Positions 1-10,324 of a stretch of DNA of 32,000 nucleotides are shown here, in pieces; the stretch's first letter is position 1, and every line of letters begins with the position of its first letter. The stretch is from Demequinaceae bacterium (GTDB lineage Bacteria > Actinomycetota > Actinomycetes > Actinomycetales > Demequinaceae): contig OZ252279.1 of assembly GCA_965250005.1 (NCBI GenBank), forward strand, positions 600,001-632,000. Reading direction: 5' to 3'. A program made the translations under genes and the position numbers. Under the pieces are notes generated by a model. It saw nothing but the letters and a program-made list of their open reading frames with translations. It ran no database searches and was not told where the DNA came from.

Positions 1-118
1 GAAGGTAGCGCCCGCAAAATGTGGCGGCGGTTTGAGCGCCGCGACGAGGCTAGCGGCCGGGACTTGGGGCCGGCGCCCCGTTAGCTTGTTGCTCACGACG
101 CTCCACACTACTTCGGGG

Positions 119-124
119 TACTGT
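119..124 (+). promoter_or_regulatory. -10-like TACTGT exactly 6 nt before GTG of the RibD_C gene
   Basis: TACTGT-TCACGT-GTG(131); no Shine-Dalgarno. Confidence 0.5.
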
Positions 125-130
125 TCACGT

Positions 131-871
131 GTGACAAACGACACGGCTGGGGGGGCCACGCTTACCCAAGTAGTGCCAGCGACTGCCGAAATTGAGCCCG
201 ACCCGTCAGAGACTCAACTGCGGGCTCTCTACCAGCATCGACCCGGAACCATCCGCCTTGGGCTGATTGCGTCCAAGGACGGCAAGGCTGCTGGCCCCGA
301 CGGCTCCTCACGCTCACTCAACGGCGACGCCGACTTGCGGGTGCTGCGCGTTCTTCGCGCCGTCTCCGACGTCGTGGTGGTCGGGGGGAACACGGCACGC
401 AAGGAACGCTACGGCGTGATTAAGCTCTCCGCCGATCTCGCCAAAGCGCGGCGCCTGCTCAATCAGACGCCCGTCCCCGCGCTCGCGATTGTGACGTACA
501 CCGGCCACATCCCTCCGGACGTTGACCCGTCGAACACGTGGATCCTCACGTCAGGCGGCTCCCCGGCCATACGACGGCTGGGTGCACAGTGGACGTCTAG
601 GATCCTGCTCGCAGGCACAGACGTGTTCTCGCCGCGGGGAGCAATCAAGGAACTCGAGAGCCGCGGCCTCAAGCGCATCTTGTGCGAGGGCGGCCCCCGG
701 CTTGCTGTTCGTTTCATGGACCGCGCAGTCATCAACGACTACTGCCTGACCACCAGCCCAGAATCGGGCGGCGAGACCGGTGCCGAGATCCCCCCGGTGC
801 CAGCGGGCTTCAGGCTGGCTCACTCGCTCGTCGCCGGCGACTACAAGATGGAGCGCTGGACCAAGTCTTGA
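131..871 (+). CDS. RibD C-terminal domain (pyrimidine reductase / DHFR-like) family protein
   Basis: ORF 32..871; GTG at 131 is the likely start (VTNDTAGG...). Motifs IRLGLIASKDGKAAGPDGSSRSLNGDADLRVLRVLRAVSDVVVVGGNTARKERYG and ILCEGGPRLA are typical of RibD_C reductases. Confidence 0.85.
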   Translation: MTNDTAGGATLTQVVPATAEIEPDPSETQLRALYQHRPGTIRLGLIASKDGKAAGPDGSSRSLNGDADLRVLRVLRAVSDVVVVGGNTARKERYGVIKLSADLAKARRLLNQTPVPALAIVTYTGHIPPDVDPSNTWILTSGGSPAIRRLGAQWTSRILLAGTDVFSPRGAIKELESRGLKRILCEGGPRLAVRFMDRAVINDYCLTTSPESGGETGAEIPPVPAGFRLAHSLVAGDYKMERWTKS

Positions 872-895
872 GTCCCCGGATCTGGGAGGTGCGCG

Positions 896-2116
896 CTACG
901 CGCCATCGGCCGTGGGGCGCGGGTAGTGCTTGAGGTACTTTCGCCAATAGTTGAGCGTCAGCGCGGCGATTGCAGCCGTCCGCTTGGGAGAGCGATCTGC
1001 CGGCGCGAAAAGCGGTCGCGCGATTCCCCTGCGGGCCGCGGCGATCACACGGCTGCGCAATTCGCGATTCAGCAGGTAGCGCGTGAGTAGACGCAAGGGC
1101 ACCACGGAGTAGAGCAGCTCCTTGGTCGCGCGAACAGGATCGCGTCGGTCGCCTGCAACGTCGGCTGCAACAAAATCGGCGACATTTGCGCCGGCGGCCG
1201 TCACGTAATAGTTGTTTCGGCCGATGCGGGGGTTAACCTCGAAAAACACGTGCTCTCCGGTGCGCGCATCCCGCTTGAAGTCCGCGTTTGCGAATCCCCG
1301 GTAGTCGATCCGATTGAGGTACTCAGTCATCGCATTCATCGCGTCCGCATACGGCTCCGTGAGGATGGCCGCAGGGATTCCCAGGGTTCCAGGAGTGTGT
1401 TCCTCCAACAGCACTCGGCCCGTGCACAGCAGCGTCACGTCGCCGTGCGAGTCCCGATACGCCGTGAGGGAGCGCATCTGCGTCTCGTCGCCAGGGATGA
1501 ATTCCTGCAACAGGAACGTGCCCTTGAAACCGGAGCCGCGCAGCCGCGTGAGGAGGTCGTCCACTTCTTCCCTGGTCTCGAGGTGGTGGATCTTCTTCTT
1601 GCCCTCGAACGACGCGTAGTAGTACTCCGCGCTCGACGAGGGCTTGCCGATCACGGGGTACGTCAAGTGCGCAAGTAGCCCGTTGTCATCCCGCCGCTTC
1701 GCCGTTCCGATGTTGACGGCGACGGTCTCCGGAACAGGAATGCCAAGCGCGTCGCAGTCCTCGTGGAACGCTCGCTTGGACGAGACCCGTGCGAACGCCT
1801 CCGCGCCGCACATGGGGATCGCGTAGTGAGCCGAGAGCGCCTTGCGGTTCTTGATAATGGTCTCTACGTACCAGTCGGCGTTGGACAGCAGGATGAGCTG
1901 CTCGCCGGAGTAGTCACGTGCGACATCGACTAGCGCCTCGACCAGCGCGGCTGAGTCGTTAACGTCGGCCGTTCGCACCTCACAGAGCCTGGTGCTAGCG
2001 AACGCTCGCGTGTGGCGCTCGGCGACAACGATGCCGCGCACCCCGAACTGCTCATGGAACGCGCGAATCAGTGCGTACGCACCGATATCGCCGCCGACGA
2101 CAACGGGGACAGGCAC
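896..2116 (-). CDS. ATP-grasp carboxylate-amine ligase, D-aspartate ligase-like
   Basis: 406 aa from GTG at 2116 with upstream GGAGG. VPVVVGGDIGAYALIRAFHEQFG N-terminus, ATP-grasp features (YPVIGKPSSSAEYYY, FLLQEFIPGDE, GFANADFKRD, FFEVNPRIGRNNYY). Confidence 0.8.
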   Translation of the reverse strand: MPVPVVVGGDIGAYALIRAFHEQFGVRGIVVAERHTRAFASTRLCEVRTADVNDSAALVEALVDVARDYSGEQLILLSNADWYVETIIKNRKALSAHYAIPMCGAEAFARVSSKRAFHEDCDALGIPVPETVAVNIGTAKRRDDNGLLAHLTYPVIGKPSSSAEYYYASFEGKKKIHHLETREEVDDLLTRLRGSGFKGTFLLQEFIPGDETQMRSLTAYRDSHGDVTLLCTGRVLLEEHTPGTLGIPAAILTEPYADAMNAMTEYLNRIDYRGFANADFKRDARTGEHVFFEVNPRIGRNNYYVTAAGANVADFVAADVAGDRRDPVRATKELLYSVVPLRLLTRYLLNRELRSRVIAAARRGIARPLFAPADRSPKRTAAIAALTLNYWRKYLKHYPRPTADGA

Positions 2117-2119
2117 GGA

Positions 2120-3553
2120 CTAGGCCTCCACCTCGGTGCGGTCGCCACCCCAGAGCGTATGGAACGAGCCCTCGGCGTCCGTGCGGCGATACGTGTGTGC
2201 ACCAAAGAAGTCACGCTGCGCCTGAATAAGGGCGGCGGGGAGCCGGTCGGCGCGCAGCGAATCGTAGTAAGACAGCGACGAACCGAACGCGGGGACCGGG
2301 ATTCCCGCGAGCGCCGCCTGGGACACCACCCGTCGCCATGCGGAAACGCTCGTGGCGACCTCCTCTGCGAAGTACGGGTCCACAAGCAGAGCGGGAAGCT
2401 CCGGGTTGCGCTCGTACGCCTCGGTGATGCGGTTGAGGAAGCGAGCCCGAATGATGCAACCGCCGCGCCAGATTTTGGCCATCGAGCCGCGATTGATGCC
2501 CCAATTGAACTCATCGGATGCAGCCTGGATCTGGTCGAAGCCCTGCGAGTACGCGACAACTTTTGAGGCGTACAGCGCGAGGCGAACGTCTTCGATGAAG
2601 CCGTCGCGGTCGTTGATGAGGAAGTCGCCGGCGTTGCCTTCGAGCACGTCCTGTGCCGCGACGCGTTGGGCCGTTTGCGAGGAGATGGCTCGGGCAAAGG
2701 TGGCCTCGGCGATTCCCGTGACGGGTGCGCCAAGGTCGAGCGCCGAGATGACGGTCCAGCGGCCCGTGCCCTTCTGCCCCGCTTCGTCGACGATGACGTC
2801 GACGAGCGGCTTCCCCGTCTTCGCGTCAACCTGCGCGAGCACCTCGGCGGTGATCTCGATCAGGAACGACTCAAGGTCGCCTTCATTCCACTTAGCGAAG
2901 ATCTCAGCGATCTCCTTGGGCTCGATGTCGAGCCCTTCACGAAGCAGGTGGTACGCCTCGCCGATGAGCTGCATATCTGCGTATTCGATGCCGTTGTGGA
3001 CCATTTTGACGAAGTGGCCTGCGCCGCCGGGGCCCACGTGCACGCAGCACGGCTCGCCATCGACTTTCGCGGAGATTTTCTCCAGAATCGGGCCGAGCGT
3101 CTTGTACGACTCGGCCGGCCCGCCGGGCATGATCGAAGGGCCTAGCAGGGCGCCCTCTTCACCGCCAGAGACGCCGGTACCCACAAAGTGGAGGCCCTTG
3201 GCGGCGAGCGCGGATTCACGGCGTACCGTGTCGGGGTAGTGCGCGTTGCCCGCGTCGACAATGATGTCGCCCTTCTCGAGCAGCTCTGTGAGCGCGTCGA
3301 TCACGGAGTCCGTCGAGTCGCCCGCTTGGACCATGATCACGACGGTGCGCGGAACCGACAGCGAGGCCACGAAGTCATCAAGACTCTCGGAGCCGATGAA
3401 TTCGCCTTCGTCGCCGTGATCGGCGATGAGCGAATGCATCTTCTGCCCGGAGCGGTTGTGGACTGCGACCGTGAACCCATTGCGTGCAAAATTACGCGCA
3501 AGATTGCGTCCCATTACCGCTAGTCCAGTAACACCAATATCAGCGAGCGCCAT
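2120..3553 (-). CDS. gnd: 6-phosphogluconate dehydrogenase (decarboxylating)
   Basis: 477 aa; IGVTGLAVMGRNLARNFARNGF N-terminus, FVGTGVSGGEEGALLGPSIMPGG, KMVHNGIEYADMQLI, DEAGQKGTGRW signatures; AAGGAA upstream. Confidence 0.97.
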   Translation of the reverse strand: MALADIGVTGLAVMGRNLARNFARNGFTVAVHNRSGQKMHSLIADHGDEGEFIGSESLDDFVASLSVPRTVVIMVQAGDSTDSVIDALTELLEKGDIIVDAGNAHYPDTVRRESALAAKGLHFVGTGVSGGEEGALLGPSIMPGGPAESYKTLGPILEKISAKVDGEPCCVHVGPGGAGHFVKMVHNGIEYADMQLIGEAYHLLREGLDIEPKEIAEIFAKWNEGDLESFLIEITAEVLAQVDAKTGKPLVDVIVDEAGQKGTGRWTVISALDLGAPVTGIAEATFARAISSQTAQRVAAQDVLEGNAGDFLINDRDGFIEDVRLALYASKVVAYSQGFDQIQAASDEFNWGINRGSMAKIWRGGCIIRARFLNRITEAYERNPELPALLVDPYFAEEVATSVSAWRRVVSQAALAGIPVPAFGSSLSYYDSLRADRLPAALIQAQRDFFGAHTYRRTDAEGSFHTLWGGDRTEVEA

Positions 3554-3640
3554 GGCTATTCCTTCACATCGTCGTTACCCGGAACAGCCTAGAGGGTTAA
3601 GCCCGGCGTGGCGTACCTAGCGGCCGTCAGCCGTCGCCCG

Positions 3641-3646
3641 TAGTCT
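3641..3646 (+). promoter_or_regulatory. -10-like TAGTCT exactly 6 nt before GTG of the DUF3000 gene
   Basis: TAGTCT-CGGGAG-GTG(3653). GGGAG is present but directly abuts the start codon, too close for a normal Shine-Dalgarno. Confidence 0.5.
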
Positions 3647-3652
3647 CGGGAG

Positions 3653-4216
3653 GTGAGCAACGACATTTCCACCGCGCCGAGGGACTTTCAGGAGGTGCTG
3701 CGCAGCCTCAAGGGTGCCCGCGTCCGGGGAGAGGTTGCCCTCGCCGAAGCTCCCGCGCCCAGCCGCATCGCCCCGTTCGCGGTCGCGGTTAACGGAGAAA
3801 TCGACGTTGACGGCGAGCTCGGGGCCTCTGGTCGCTTCCTCGTCCTCCACGACCCGGCGGGCCAGGACGCCTGGGGCGGCACGTTGCGCGTGATCGCTCT
3901 GGTCAAGGCCGAGATTGAGCGCGAAGTTGGCGCGGACGAAATGTGGGCGCAGGTCGCGTGGTCGTGGATCAACGAATCGCTCGCCGACCTTACCCATTCG
4001 GCGCTAGGCGGAACAGTAACGAAGGTCACCAACGAGTCCTTCGGCGACTTGGAGAACACAGCCTCAGAGGTGCGCATCGAGATGCGGATTTCATGGACAC
4101 CGGAAAAACCCGACATGGCCCCCCACATCAAAGCGTGGGCAAATCTGCTCGCGACCTGTGCGGGCGTGCCTCCGCTACCAGAAGGCGTGACAATGCTGCG
4201 AGGAAAAACTGCGTGA
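3653..4216 (+). CDS. DUF3000 domain-containing protein
   Basis: 187 aa from GTG 3653; located directly upstream of the RNase D/HRDC gene as in other Actinobacteria (Rv2680-like). Confidence 0.85.
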   Translation: MSNDISTAPRDFQEVLRSLKGARVRGEVALAEAPAPSRIAPFAVAVNGEIDVDGELGASGRFLVLHDPAGQDAWGGTLRVIALVKAEIEREVGADEMWAQVAWSWINESLADLTHSALGGTVTKVTNESFGDLENTASEVRIEMRISWTPEKPDMAPHIKAWANLLATCAGVPPLPEGVTMLRGKTA

Positions 4217-5547
4217 CCGCAACTCCCGAAGACGCCATTGCTCAATCAACACCGCAGGGCTCGAGCGCTCAAGCGGTGGCCACAGAACCCGAACTCGAGT
4301 TGCTGGCGGGCCCCGCTGGCGGCGTTCCAAACCTGATTGACACACCCGCAGCGCTCGCCGCAGCCGTCGAACGCTTCGCTGCCGGGACCGGACCTGTCGC
4401 GGTGGACGCCGAGCGGGCCTCTGGGTTCCGATACGGGCAGAAGACCTACCTCGCGCAATTCAAGCGCGCGGGCGCCGGGATCGCATTGATTGACACGGGC
4501 GCGCTCGACGATCTGTCTGCGCTGTCGGACGCGTTCGGCGACGCTGAGTGGGTGTTCCACGCTGCGAGTCAAGACCTGCCCGGCATGCGGGACCTCAAGA
4601 TGAAGCCCACGACAATCTTCGATACTGAGCTCGCCGCGCGCCTGCTCGGGTGGCCTAAGGTCGGCCTCGCATCCGTCGTCGAACGCGAGTTGGGCGTGCG
4701 CCTTGCCAAAGAGCACTCGGCCCAGGACTGGTCGGAGCGCCCGCTGCCCGCCAGCTGGCTCAACTACGCCGCGCTCGACGTTGAGGTCCTGCTCGAACTG
4801 CGCGAGTCCGTAGGCGCACATCTTGAGAAAGCCGGCAAGACGGAGTGGGCTCGGCAGGAGTTCGCCGGCGTGCTTGACGCTACACCTCCCCTGTCCAAGG
4901 TTGACCCGTGGCGCAAGGTCTCCGGTACCCACAAGATCCGCGACCCTCGCGGCCTCGCCATCGTCCGTGAACTCTGGCTCGCTCGCGACGCGCACGGTCA
5001 GTCGCGCGACATCGCCCCCGGACGGGTACTGCGGAATGCCGCGATTATCGCCGCCGCGAACGCCCAACCCAAGGATTACAACGCGCTTGTCGCCATTCGC
5101 GAATGGCAATCACGCGGGACCAAGCGGCGCGCGCCGCAGTGGTACAAGGCGATCGAGAAGGCGATGACGCTACCGGACGAAGACCTGCCCTCGCGCCGCG
5201 GTCCCGCGCTCGACGGCCCACCACAGCCGCGCACGTGGATGGACAAGCGGCCGGAGGCCGCGGTGCGGCTAGTCGCCGCGCGCAAGGTGATCGAGAAGAT
5301 GTCAGCAAAGCACAGCGTCCCCGCCGAAAACTTGCTCCAGCCGGATGCGCTCCGAAGGCTTTGCTGGGACTATCCCGGCGCGGGCGAACACGCCGTGCGT
5401 GAGTTCCTTGAGGATCGCCATGCGCGCGCATGGCAAATCGACTTGCTCGTGCCTGCATTAGTCCCAGCAATTGCCCTGGCAGAAGAAGAGGCCGCGGCTC
5501 TGGCAGACGCTGACTCCGCTGACTCCGCTGACTCCGCTACCGAGTAG
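4213..5547 (+). CDS. rnd: Ribonuclease D / HRDC domain-containing protein
   Basis: Long ORF 3943..5547, but GTG 4213 overlapping the DUF3000 stop (GTGA) is the likely start. 3'-5' exonuclease motifs (VAVDAERASGFRYGQKTYLAQFKRAG, VFHAASQDLPGMRDL, LNYAALDVEVLLELRE) and a C-terminal HRDC region. Confidence 0.9.
   Translation: MTATPEDAIAQSTPQGSSAQAVATEPELELLAGPAGGVPNLIDTPAALAAAVERFAAGTGPVAVDAERASGFRYGQKTYLAQFKRAGAGIALIDTGALDDLSALSDAFGDAEWVFHAASQDLPGMRDLKMKPTTIFDTELAARLLGWPKVGLASVVERELGVRLAKEHSAQDWSERPLPASWLNYAALDVEVLLELRESVGAHLEKAGKTEWARQEFAGVLDATPPLSKVDPWRKVSGTHKIRDPRGLAIVRELWLARDAHGQSRDIAPGRVLRNAAIIAAANAQPKDYNALVAIREWQSRGTKRRAPQWYKAIEKAMTLPDEDLPSRRGPALDGPPQPRTWMDKRPEAAVRLVAARKVIEKMSAKHSVPAENLLQPDALRRLCWDYPGAGEHAVREFLEDRHARAWQIDLLVPALVPAIALAEEEAAALADADSADSADSATE
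5512..5538 (+). repeat. 3 perfect copies of 9-mer GACTCCGCT inside the RNase D-like 3' end
   Basis: GACTCCGCT at 5512-5520, 5521-5529, 5530-5538; encodes DSADSADSA. Confidence 0.95.
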
Positions 5548-5582
5548 CCAGGAGCCCCCGGACTGGCGCGAACGGCTGCGTA

Positions 5583-7460
5583 CTATGCTCCCAGTTTGGC
5601 GAGCGCCGCGCCCGCAATGGTCGCGGGTTCGAGCCCAATATGCTCGACCACCTGCGCGCGCGAGGCATGCTCGATAAACTCACGCGGAATGCCGCAGTGG
5701 ACCCACTCAGACCGGATACCCGCGCGCCTCGCAGACTCCGCCCATGCCTCGCCAATTCCGCCGTCGATCAATCCATCCTCGATGGTAACGACCACATCGG
5801 CGCCCTCAATCGTCTTCAGCAGACCTTCGGGAACGGGCAGAACCCAGGTGGCGCTGGCCGCGAGCGTGTCGATTCCCTCTGCTGCGATCTTTCCCGCGAC
5901 ATCGACGGCCGTTTGAGCCATTGCGCCCATGCCCAGTACCGCAACCTTGGGATCCTTGCCATGAGCCGCGAGTAGGTCCATTCCTCCGCGCGACGCGGGC
6001 TTGCCGCGGATGCCGAACGCGGGCAGCGGTTCGCTGAGCTCTCCCTTGGGGTATCGGACGACGGAAGGGCCGTCGCTAATCTCGATGGACTCGCGGAATG
6101 CTCGACGCAGTTCCGCCTCGTCGCGCGGCGCGGCCAAGCGGATCCCCGGCACGGACCGCAGTAGCGCGAGGTCCCACATTCCGTTGTGGCTGGGGCCATC
6201 GTCGCCGGTGACGCCCGCGCGGTCGAGCATGAACGTTACGCCTGCCTTGTGAAGCGCGACGTCCATCAGGAGCTGGTCAAACGCGCGGTTAAGGAACGTC
6301 GCGTAGACGGCAAACACGGGATGCATTCCGGCGAACGCGAGCCCAGCGGCGGCGGTGACGGCGTGCTGTTCCGCAATACCCACGTCGATGACGCGCTCGG
6401 GAAACTCCGCCTGGAACGGCGCCAGGCCGACGGGCGCGAGCATGGCCGCTGTGATGGCGACCAGGTCTTCGCGTTCGCGTCCGGCCTTGACCATCTCTTC
6501 GGAGAACACTGCGGTCCACCCGAATCGTGACGGCTCGATGGGAAGCCCGGTTTCGGGGTGGATCTTGCCGACCGCGTGAAACTTGTCTTCGTCGTGCGTT
6601 TCCGCGGGCTGGTAACCTCGGCCCTTGTCCGTGACGAGGTGAACGATCACGGGGCCGCCGAAGTCTCTGGCGTGTTCAAATGCGTGCTCGATCTGGTGCA
6701 GGTTGTGCCCGTCAACGGGGCCAACATACTTGAGGCCGAGGTCCTCGAACATACCCTGCGGCGCAAGCAAGTCCTTCACGCCGTGCTTGGCCCGCTTGAT
6801 GAGATTGAACGTCCCGCGCGCGACGCGCCCGTGTGACGTGAGCGTGCGCTTTCCCCACCCAAGCATCGCCTCGTAGCGAGGGTCGGTGCGCATGCCATCG
6901 AACTTGCGGGCGAGCCCGCCGATGGTTGGCGCATACGAACGACCGTTGTCGTTGACGACAATGACCACTCGGTCGTTGCAGTCCGCGAGGGAATTGAGGG
7001 CTTCCCACGCCATGCCGCCGGTGAGCGCGCCGTCACCGATGACAGCAACCACCGTGCGGTCGGTGCGACCCGCGATAGTGTTTGCCCGGCCGATGCCCGC
7101 CGCCCAGGACAAGGCCGTGGACGCGTGCGAGTTCTCAACGATGTCGTGCTCGGACTCCGCGCGACTCGGGTACCCCGCCACTCCCCCGCGCTTGCGAAGG
7201 TCGGAGAAATCTCGCCTGCCGGTCAGCAACTTGTGCACGTACGACTGGTGCCCGGTGTCGAACACGATCGAGTCGCGCGGCGAGTCGAACACTCTGTGCA
7301 GCCCAATAGTGAGTTCGACCACTCCGAGGTTGGGGCCCAGGTGTCCACCCGTCTTGGACACCGATTCCACCAGGTACGCGCGGATATCCGCGGCGAGCTC
7401 ACCAAGTTGGGCGTAACTGAGATCGCCCAGATCGTCGGGTGACTCGATGGACTCCAGCAC
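5583..7460 (-). CDS. dxs: 1-deoxy-D-xylulose-5-phosphate synthase
   Basis: 625 aa; GVVELTIGLHRVFDSPRDSIVFDTGHQSYVHKLLTGR, VIGDGALTGGMAWEALN, DVGIAEQHAVTAAAGLA, TFLNRAFDQLLMDVALH; strong upstream GAGGAGG. Confidence 0.98.
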   Translation of the reverse strand: MLESIESPDDLGDLSYAQLGELAADIRAYLVESVSKTGGHLGPNLGVVELTIGLHRVFDSPRDSIVFDTGHQSYVHKLLTGRRDFSDLRKRGGVAGYPSRAESEHDIVENSHASTALSWAAGIGRANTIAGRTDRTVVAVIGDGALTGGMAWEALNSLADCNDRVVIVVNDNGRSYAPTIGGLARKFDGMRTDPRYEAMLGWGKRTLTSHGRVARGTFNLIKRAKHGVKDLLAPQGMFEDLGLKYVGPVDGHNLHQIEHAFEHARDFGGPVIVHLVTDKGRGYQPAETHDEDKFHAVGKIHPETGLPIEPSRFGWTAVFSEEMVKAGREREDLVAITAAMLAPVGLAPFQAEFPERVIDVGIAEQHAVTAAAGLAFAGMHPVFAVYATFLNRAFDQLLMDVALHKAGVTFMLDRAGVTGDDGPSHNGMWDLALLRSVPGIRLAAPRDEAELRRAFRESIEISDGPSVVRYPKGELSEPLPAFGIRGKPASRGGMDLLAAHGKDPKVAVLGMGAMAQTAVDVAGKIAAEGIDTLAASATWVLPVPEGLLKTIEGADVVVTIEDGLIDGGIGEAWAESARRAGIRSEWVHCGIPREFIEHASRAQVVEHIGLEPATIAGAALAKLGA

Positions 7461-7549
7461 CGCGGATGGCCTCCTCAGGACGTCGTGGTTTTCACTCTAC
7501 GGCGCAACGCACATGCGGCGCGCCAGGTTCCTTCGGACGTGCGGGGCCC

Positions 7550-10264
7550 CTACGCGGAGGCGAGCGAACGCAACACGTAGTGGAGAATGCCGCCGTGCCG
7601 GAAGTAGTCGGCCTCGCCCGGCGTATCGATACGGACCACGCCCTCGAAGGCCACCTCGGTTCCGTCGGCTTTGGTGGCGACTACCGGCAGTTCGCGCGGG
7701 TGACCCCCATAGCTAAACGCCGTCACGCCCGAAATCGAGAACGTCTCCGTACCGTCGAGGCCGAGCGAAGCCGCGGATTTGCCCGCAGGGAACTGCAACG
7801 GCAGCACCCCCATTCCTATGAGGTTACTGCGGTGGATGCGCTCGAAGCTCTCAGTAATGACCGCCCGCACGCCAAGCAGTCTGGTCCCCTTGGCAGCCCA
7901 GTCGCGCGAGGACCCGGTGCCGTACTCCTTGCCCGCGAGGACCACGAGTGGAACACCTGCGGCCGCGTAGTCTTGCGCAGCGTCGTAGATGGCCGCCTGC
8001 TCACTCGAGAGGTGGTTGAGGGTGAAGCCGCCCTCGACGCCAGCACCATCGTTCGCGTCCGCGAGAAGCAAGTTACGCAGCCGAATGTTCGCGAATGTTC
8101 CGCGAATCATGACTTCGTGATTGCCGCGGCGCGAGCCATACGAGTTGAAGTCCTTACGCTCGACGCCGTGTTCCGTGAGGTACGTGCCTGCGGGGCTGTC
8201 GGGCTTGATCGCGCCTGCGGGCGAGATGTGGTCGGTGGTGACCGAGTCTCCAAGCAGCGCCAGCACGCGCGCGCCCACGATGTCCGTGACGGGGGCGGGC
8301 TGCGCGGTCATTCCCTCGAAGTACGGTGGCTTGCGCACGTAGGTGCTCTCGCTGTCCCACTCGAACGTGTTGCCGGAAGGAGTAGGCAGGCTGCGCCACG
8401 CGTCGTCGCCTGTGAAGACGTCGGCGTAGTCCTTAACAAACATGTGGCGGTCGATCGAGCTCGACACGATGGACTCGACTTCGTCAGCCGCGGGCCAGAT
8501 GTCGCGGAGGAACACGTCGCTGCCGTCGCCATCCTGTCCGAGTGCTTCCGTCTCGAAGTCGTGGTTCATGGTTCCAGCGAGCGCGTATGCGATCACGAGT
8601 GGCGGCGACGCGAGATAGTTCATCTTCACGTCGGGGTTGATGCGCCCTTCGAAGTTGCGGTTGCCCGAGAGGACGGACACCACAGTGAGGTCGTGCTCGT
8701 TCACGGCGTCGCTGACGGGCGCGGGCAGCGGGCCGGAGTTTCCGATGCACGTGGTGCATCCGTAGCCCACCAGGTGGTAGCCCAGGTGCTCGAGGTCAGG
8801 CCACAGCCCTGCCTTTTCGTAGTAGTCGGTGACCACCTTCGATCCCGGCGCCATCGACGTCTTGACCCACGGCTTGACCTGCAGGCCCTTGGAGCGGGCG
8901 TTGCGCGCAAGCAGAGCGGCCGCGAGCATCACGGACGGGTTGGAGGTGTTGGTACAGGACGTGATCGACGCGATCACGACGTCACCGTCGTTGAGCTCGA
9001 CTTCAGCGCCGTGCTCGTCCGTGTAAGTAGCAGCGCGGGCGTCGCCCTTGCGGTAGTTCGAGATGTCCTTGCCGAACTGCGGCTTCGCTTCGGTGAGCTC
9101 GATCCGGTCCTGCGGCCGCTTGGGGCCGGCGATGGACGGCACGACGGTGCCCAGGTCCAGCTCGAGATACTCCGAGAACACGGGCTCCACATAGTCAGCG
9201 GACGACGGGTCGTGCCACAGGCCCTGCTCCTTCGCGTATGCCTCAACCAGCGCCACCTCGTCGTCGCCGCGCCCGGTGAGGCGCAGGTAGCCGGTCGTGA
9301 CGTCGTCGATGGGAAACATCGCCGCGGTGGAGCCGAACTCGGGCGACATGTTGCCGATGGTCGCGCGGTTCGCGAGCGGCACGGCGCCAACGCCGTCCCC
9401 GTAGAACTCCACAAACTTGCCGACTACTCCGTGTGCGCGCAGTTGCTGCGTGATGGTCAGCACCACATCGGTCGCTGTCGCGCCTGCGGGGATTGCGCCC
9501 GTGAGCTTGAAGCCCACCACGCGCGGGATGAGCATGGACACGGGCTGGCCGAGCATCGCGGCCTCAGCCTCAATGCCGCCCACTCCCCAGCCGAGTACGC
9601 CCAGGCCGTTGATCATCGTCGTATGCGAGTCAGTGCCGACGCACGAGTCGGGGTAGGCCTGCACCGTGGTCGTGCCGTCTGCCCCGGCCACCGTGTGGGT
9701 CATGACGCCCCGCGCCAGATACTCGAGGTTCACCTGGTGGACGATTCCGGTTCCCGGCGGCACCACCTGGAAGTTGTCGAACGCGCCCTGGCCCCAGCGC
9801 AAGAACTGATAGCGCTCGCGGTTGCGCTCGTACTCGAGGGCCGTGTTGATTTTTAGCGCGTCCTTGCGGCCAAACACGTCAATGACGACGGAGTGGTCGA
9901 TGACCATCTCAGCGGGGGCGAGCGGGTTGATCACGCTCGGGTCTCCGCCCAGCGCCGCGACGGCTTCGCGCATCGTGGCCAGGTCAACGATGCACGGTAC
10001 GCCCGTGAAATCCTGCATGACCACGCGCGCGGGCGTGAACTGGATTTCGGTGTCGGGCTGGGACGCTGGGTCCCACGCTGCGAGAGCGCGGACGTGGTCC
10101 GCCGTGATGTTCGTTCCGTCTTCGGTGCGCAGCAGCGCCTCCGCGAGGATCTTGAGGCTGTACGGGAGCTTCTGGAGCCCATCGACCGCTGCAAGGCGGT
10201 AGATCTCGTAATTATTGCTGCCGACGGTTAGGGAGCCCTTGGCTCCCAGCGAATCCACACTCAT
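7550..10264 (-). CDS. acnA: Aconitate hydratase
   Basis: 904 aa; [81 protein letters not shown]; GGAGG upstream. Confidence 0.98.
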   Translation of the reverse strand: MSVDSLGAKGSLTVGSNNYEIYRLAAVDGLQKLPYSLKILAEALLRTEDGTNITADHVRALAAWDPASQPDTEIQFTPARVVMQDFTGVPCIVDLATMREAVAALGGDPSVINPLAPAEMVIDHSVVIDVFGRKDALKINTALEYERNRERYQFLRWGQGAFDNFQVVPPGTGIVHQVNLEYLARGVMTHTVAGADGTTTVQAYPDSCVGTDSHTTMINGLGVLGWGVGGIEAEAAMLGQPVSMLIPRVVGFKLTGAIPAGATATDVVLTITQQLRAHGVVGKFVEFYGDGVGAVPLANRATIGNMSPEFGSTAAMFPIDDVTTGYLRLTGRGDDEVALVEAYAKEQGLWHDPSSADYVEPVFSEYLELDLGTVVPSIAGPKRPQDRIELTEAKPQFGKDISNYRKGDARAATYTDEHGAEVELNDGDVVIASITSCTNTSNPSVMLAAALLARNARSKGLQVKPWVKTSMAPGSKVVTDYYEKAGLWPDLEHLGYHLVGYGCTTCIGNSGPLPAPVSDAVNEHDLTVVSVLSGNRNFEGRINPDVKMNYLASPPLVIAYALAGTMNHDFETEALGQDGDGSDVFLRDIWPAADEVESIVSSSIDRHMFVKDYADVFTGDDAWRSLPTPSGNTFEWDSESTYVRKPPYFEGMTAQPAPVTDIVGARVLALLGDSVTTDHISPAGAIKPDSPAGTYLTEHGVERKDFNSYGSRRGNHEVMIRGTFANIRLRNLLLADANDGAGVEGGFTLNHLSSEQAAIYDAAQDYAAAGVPLVVLAGKEYGTGSSRDWAAKGTRLLGVRAVITESFERIHRSNLIGMGVLPLQFPAGKSAASLGLDGTETFSISGVTAFSYGGHPRELPVVATKADGTEVAFEGVVRIDTPGEADYFRHGGILHYVLRSLASA

Positions 10265-10324
10265 GTAAGGCCTCCGAAAGATGAGGCCCCAGTCTACCGG
10301 GCGAGCGTGGCGCAGAGTTTCGCG

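Noticed and set aside
886-904. GCGCG-CTA-CGCGC hairpin at the end of the ATP-grasp gene
   Set aside because: Only 5 bp, and such stems are common by chance at this GC content.
2068-2829. 253-aa minus-strand ORF inside the gnd region
   Set aside because: Ser/Arg/Pro-rich out-of-frame product overlapping the well supported gnd.
2352-3239. 295-aa plus-strand ORF antisense to gnd
   Set aside because: Ser/Arg/Pro-rich composition, no domain motif, fully covered by gnd.
7439-9856. 805-aa plus-strand ORF opposite aconitase
   Set aside because: Antisense frame of acnA; composition rich in His/Arg/Val/Gly with no domain signature. Long spurious antisense ORFs are expected at this GC content.
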